A stretch of 64,000 bases of DNA. Origin: Pristiophorus japonicus (taxonomy: Eukaryota). Location: positions 868,001-932,000 of the forward strand of contig NW_027251843.1 in the NCBI RefSeq assembly GCF_044704955.1, given 5' to 3'. The position numbers were made by a program, and so were the translations under genes. The first letter of the stretch is position 1. Each line of letters opens with the position of its first letter. Positions 61,450 through 64,000 of the stretch are shown here, piece by piece. The notes under the pieces were generated by a model that saw nothing but the letters and a program-made list of their open reading frames with translations, had not been told where the DNA came from and did no database searches.

Positions 61450-64000
61450 GAAACCCCACATGAAACAGCCTTCCAGTCACAAAAACACCGTTGATCATTA
61501 CACTTTGCTTCCTGCCACTGAGCCAATTTTGGATCCAACTTGCCACTTTTCCTTGGATCCCTGGGCATTTTACTTTTCTGCCATGTGAGACCTCACCAAA
61601 AACCTTGCAAAAGTCCATGTGTACGACATCAAAGATGCAAAACTCATCGACTTTCCATGTTATCTCCGCAAAAAATTAAATCAAGTAAGTCAGGCACGAC
61701 CTTCCCTGAATAAATCCATGCTGACTGTCCTTGATTAATATGTCCCTTTCTATATGACAATTATTGTTTCCAATAATTTTCCCTCCACCAAGGTTCGGCT
61801 GACTGGCCTGTAATTACTCGGTCTATCCCGTTCTCACTTTTCAAACAAAGGTACACGTTAGCAGTCCTCCAGTCCTCTGGCACCACACCTGTCGCCAGAG
61901 TAGATTGGAAAATGATGGTCAGAGCCTCTGCTATATCCCCGCTTGCTTCTCTTAAAAGCCTGGGATACATTTCATCCGGGCCTGGTGATTTTTCTACGAT
62001 CAAAGATGCTAAGTTCCTTAATACTTCTTCTCTCACTATGTTTATCTCATCTAATATTTCACACTTGTCCTCCTTAATTGCAATGTCTGCATCGTCCCTC
62101 TCTTCTGTGAAGACAGATGGAAAATATTCATTAAGAACCATTACCCCGTCTTCCGCCTCCACACACAGGGTACCTTTTTGGTCTCCAATAGGCCCAACTC
62201 TTTCTTTAGTTATCCTCTTGCTCTTTATGTATTTATAAAACATCTTTGAGTATTCCTTGATTTTACTTGCCAGTATTTTTTCATGACCTCTCTTTGCATT
62301 TCGAATTTCCTTTTTAATTTCACCCCTGCACTTTCTATACACCTCTGGGCTTTCTGTAGTATTTAGCTCTGGGTATCTGACATAAGCTTCCCTTTTTTGC
62401 CTTATCCTACCCTGTATGCCCTTTGCCATCCAGGGGGCTCTAGATTTGGGAGTGCCACCCTTTTCCTTTGTGGGAACATACTTGCTCTGAACCCTCACTA
62501 TCTCCCCCTTGAATGCCTCCCACTGCTCTGACACTGATTTACCTTCAAGTAGCTGTTTCCAGCCCACTTTTGCTAAATCACCTCTCAGCTGAGTAAAATT
62601 GGCCTTTCCCCAATTGAGAACCTTTATTCCTGCTCTACCTTTGTCCTTTTCCATAACTACACTAAATCTAACTGAATTATAATCACGAGCACCACAATGC
62701 TCTCTCACTGATCTGCCTTCCACCTGCCCAGCTTCATTCCCGAAAACTAAGCCCAGAACCGCCCCCTCCCTTGCTGGGCTTGCTACGTACTAGCTGTAAA
62801 AGTTCTCCTGAATGCATTTGAAGAATTATGCACCCTCTATACCTTTGACACTGATTCCATCCCAGTTAATGTGAGGGGAGTTGAAATCCCCGACTATTGC
62901 TGCCCGATTGTTTTTGCACTTCTCAGCAAATTGCCGACATATTTTCTCTTCCATCTCCCTCTGACTGTTTAGGGGTCTATAGTACACTCCCAGCAGTGTG
63001 ATCGCCCCTTTTCTGTTCATCATTTTAAACCATATGGCCTCATTTGATGATCCTTCAAACATATCCTCCCTCTGTCAGAAGTGCCGTCTTTCAGATGAGA
63101 TGTTAAACCGAAGTCCCATCTGCCCTCTCAAGTGAACATGAAAGATCTCATAATCATTATTGGAAGGGCATGGGGGTTCTTCCCAGTGTCCTGGCCAATA
63201 TTTATTCCACAACTAACATAGTTAAAGCCGATGATCTGGTCATGATCTCATTGCAGTCTGGGAGCTTCATAGAATCAGAGAAATTTACAGCATGAAAGGA
63301 GGCCATTCGACCCATCGTGTCTGCACTGGCCGGCAAAGATCTATCCAGCCTAATCACACTTTTCAGCTCTTGGTCCATAGCCCTGTAGGTTACAGCACTT
63401 CAAGTGTACATCCAAGTAATTTTTAAATGTGATGAGAGTTTCTGCCTCTACCACCCTTTCAGTCAGTGACTTCCAGACCCCCCACCCCCTCTGGGTGAAG
63501 ATATTTCCCCTCAAATCCCCTCTAAACCTCCAAGCAATTACTTTAAAATCTATGCCCTGGTTGTTGGCCAATCTGCTTAAGGAAATAGGTCCGTCCTATC
63601 CACTCTATCTCGGCCCCTCATAATATTATACAACTCAATAAGGTCTCCCCTCAGACTCCTCTATTCCAAAGAAAACAACCCCAGCCTATCCAATCTTTCC
63701 TCATAGCTAAAATTTTCCAGTCCAGGCAACATCGTTGTAAATCTTCCTGTGTACAATTGCTTGTAAAGCACCTTGGGACATCCTGAGGTTGTGAAAGGCG
63801 CTATATAAATTCAAGGCTTTCTTTCATTGAAGTGGGAGGGCCCTGATCCTGACCCTCGGCCATTGTCGGCGCACTCTGACCTTCCAGGAGGTCACGGGAA
63901 TATTGAGAGCAGTGACCCGGCCTGACCTCGGTACACTTAGGCTAATTGTAGTCTCTCCTTTGACCTCACCCCGGTATGATTTTGAGCATCAGCCATGGCT
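61450..64000 (-). repeat. Inverted segmental copy of the J-C intron (~28700-31540)
   Basis: ORFs 62826-63062 and 61761-62723 match 29937-30923 and share the same SINE/CR1 junction. The unique RGGTCA module is inverted at 63840-63975. Confidence 0.92.

Overview
Eukaryotic, repeat-dense genomic DNA, most likely from a cartilaginous fish (shark): clustered Ig organisation, CR1, L2, RTE and Tx1 LINEs, and Deu-type tRNA SINEs. The only host gene I can support is one complete, unrearranged immunoglobulin light-chain cluster of kappa type (shark type III/NS4-like) on the minus strand. It comprises leader 41461-41509, V 40970-41271 with a 12-RSS, J 39188-39222 with a 23-RSS, and C 27678-28006. All reading frames and splice phases are intact. 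Most other ORFs are retrotransposon remnants. The architecture around the cluster is the notable part. (i) A near-perfect 4616-bp triplication (11670-25544) has a breakpoint that maps to a 27-bp identity window between two CR1 3' ends, and it amplifies a copy of an E-box/RUNX-rich module from the Ig J-C intron. (ii) An exon-less, same-orientation copy of J-C intron segments lies at about 8.7-14.9 kb. (iii) An inverted sister cluster at 58.5-64 kb appears to have lost L-V-J through a CR1-CR1 junction, which predicts an orphan C exon just beyond the window. (iv) A cluster of nuclear-receptor elements (DR4 plus everted repeat-6) is retained in all three intron copies. Regulatory calls are motif-based inferences. 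Repeat boundaries are approximate, read by eye.
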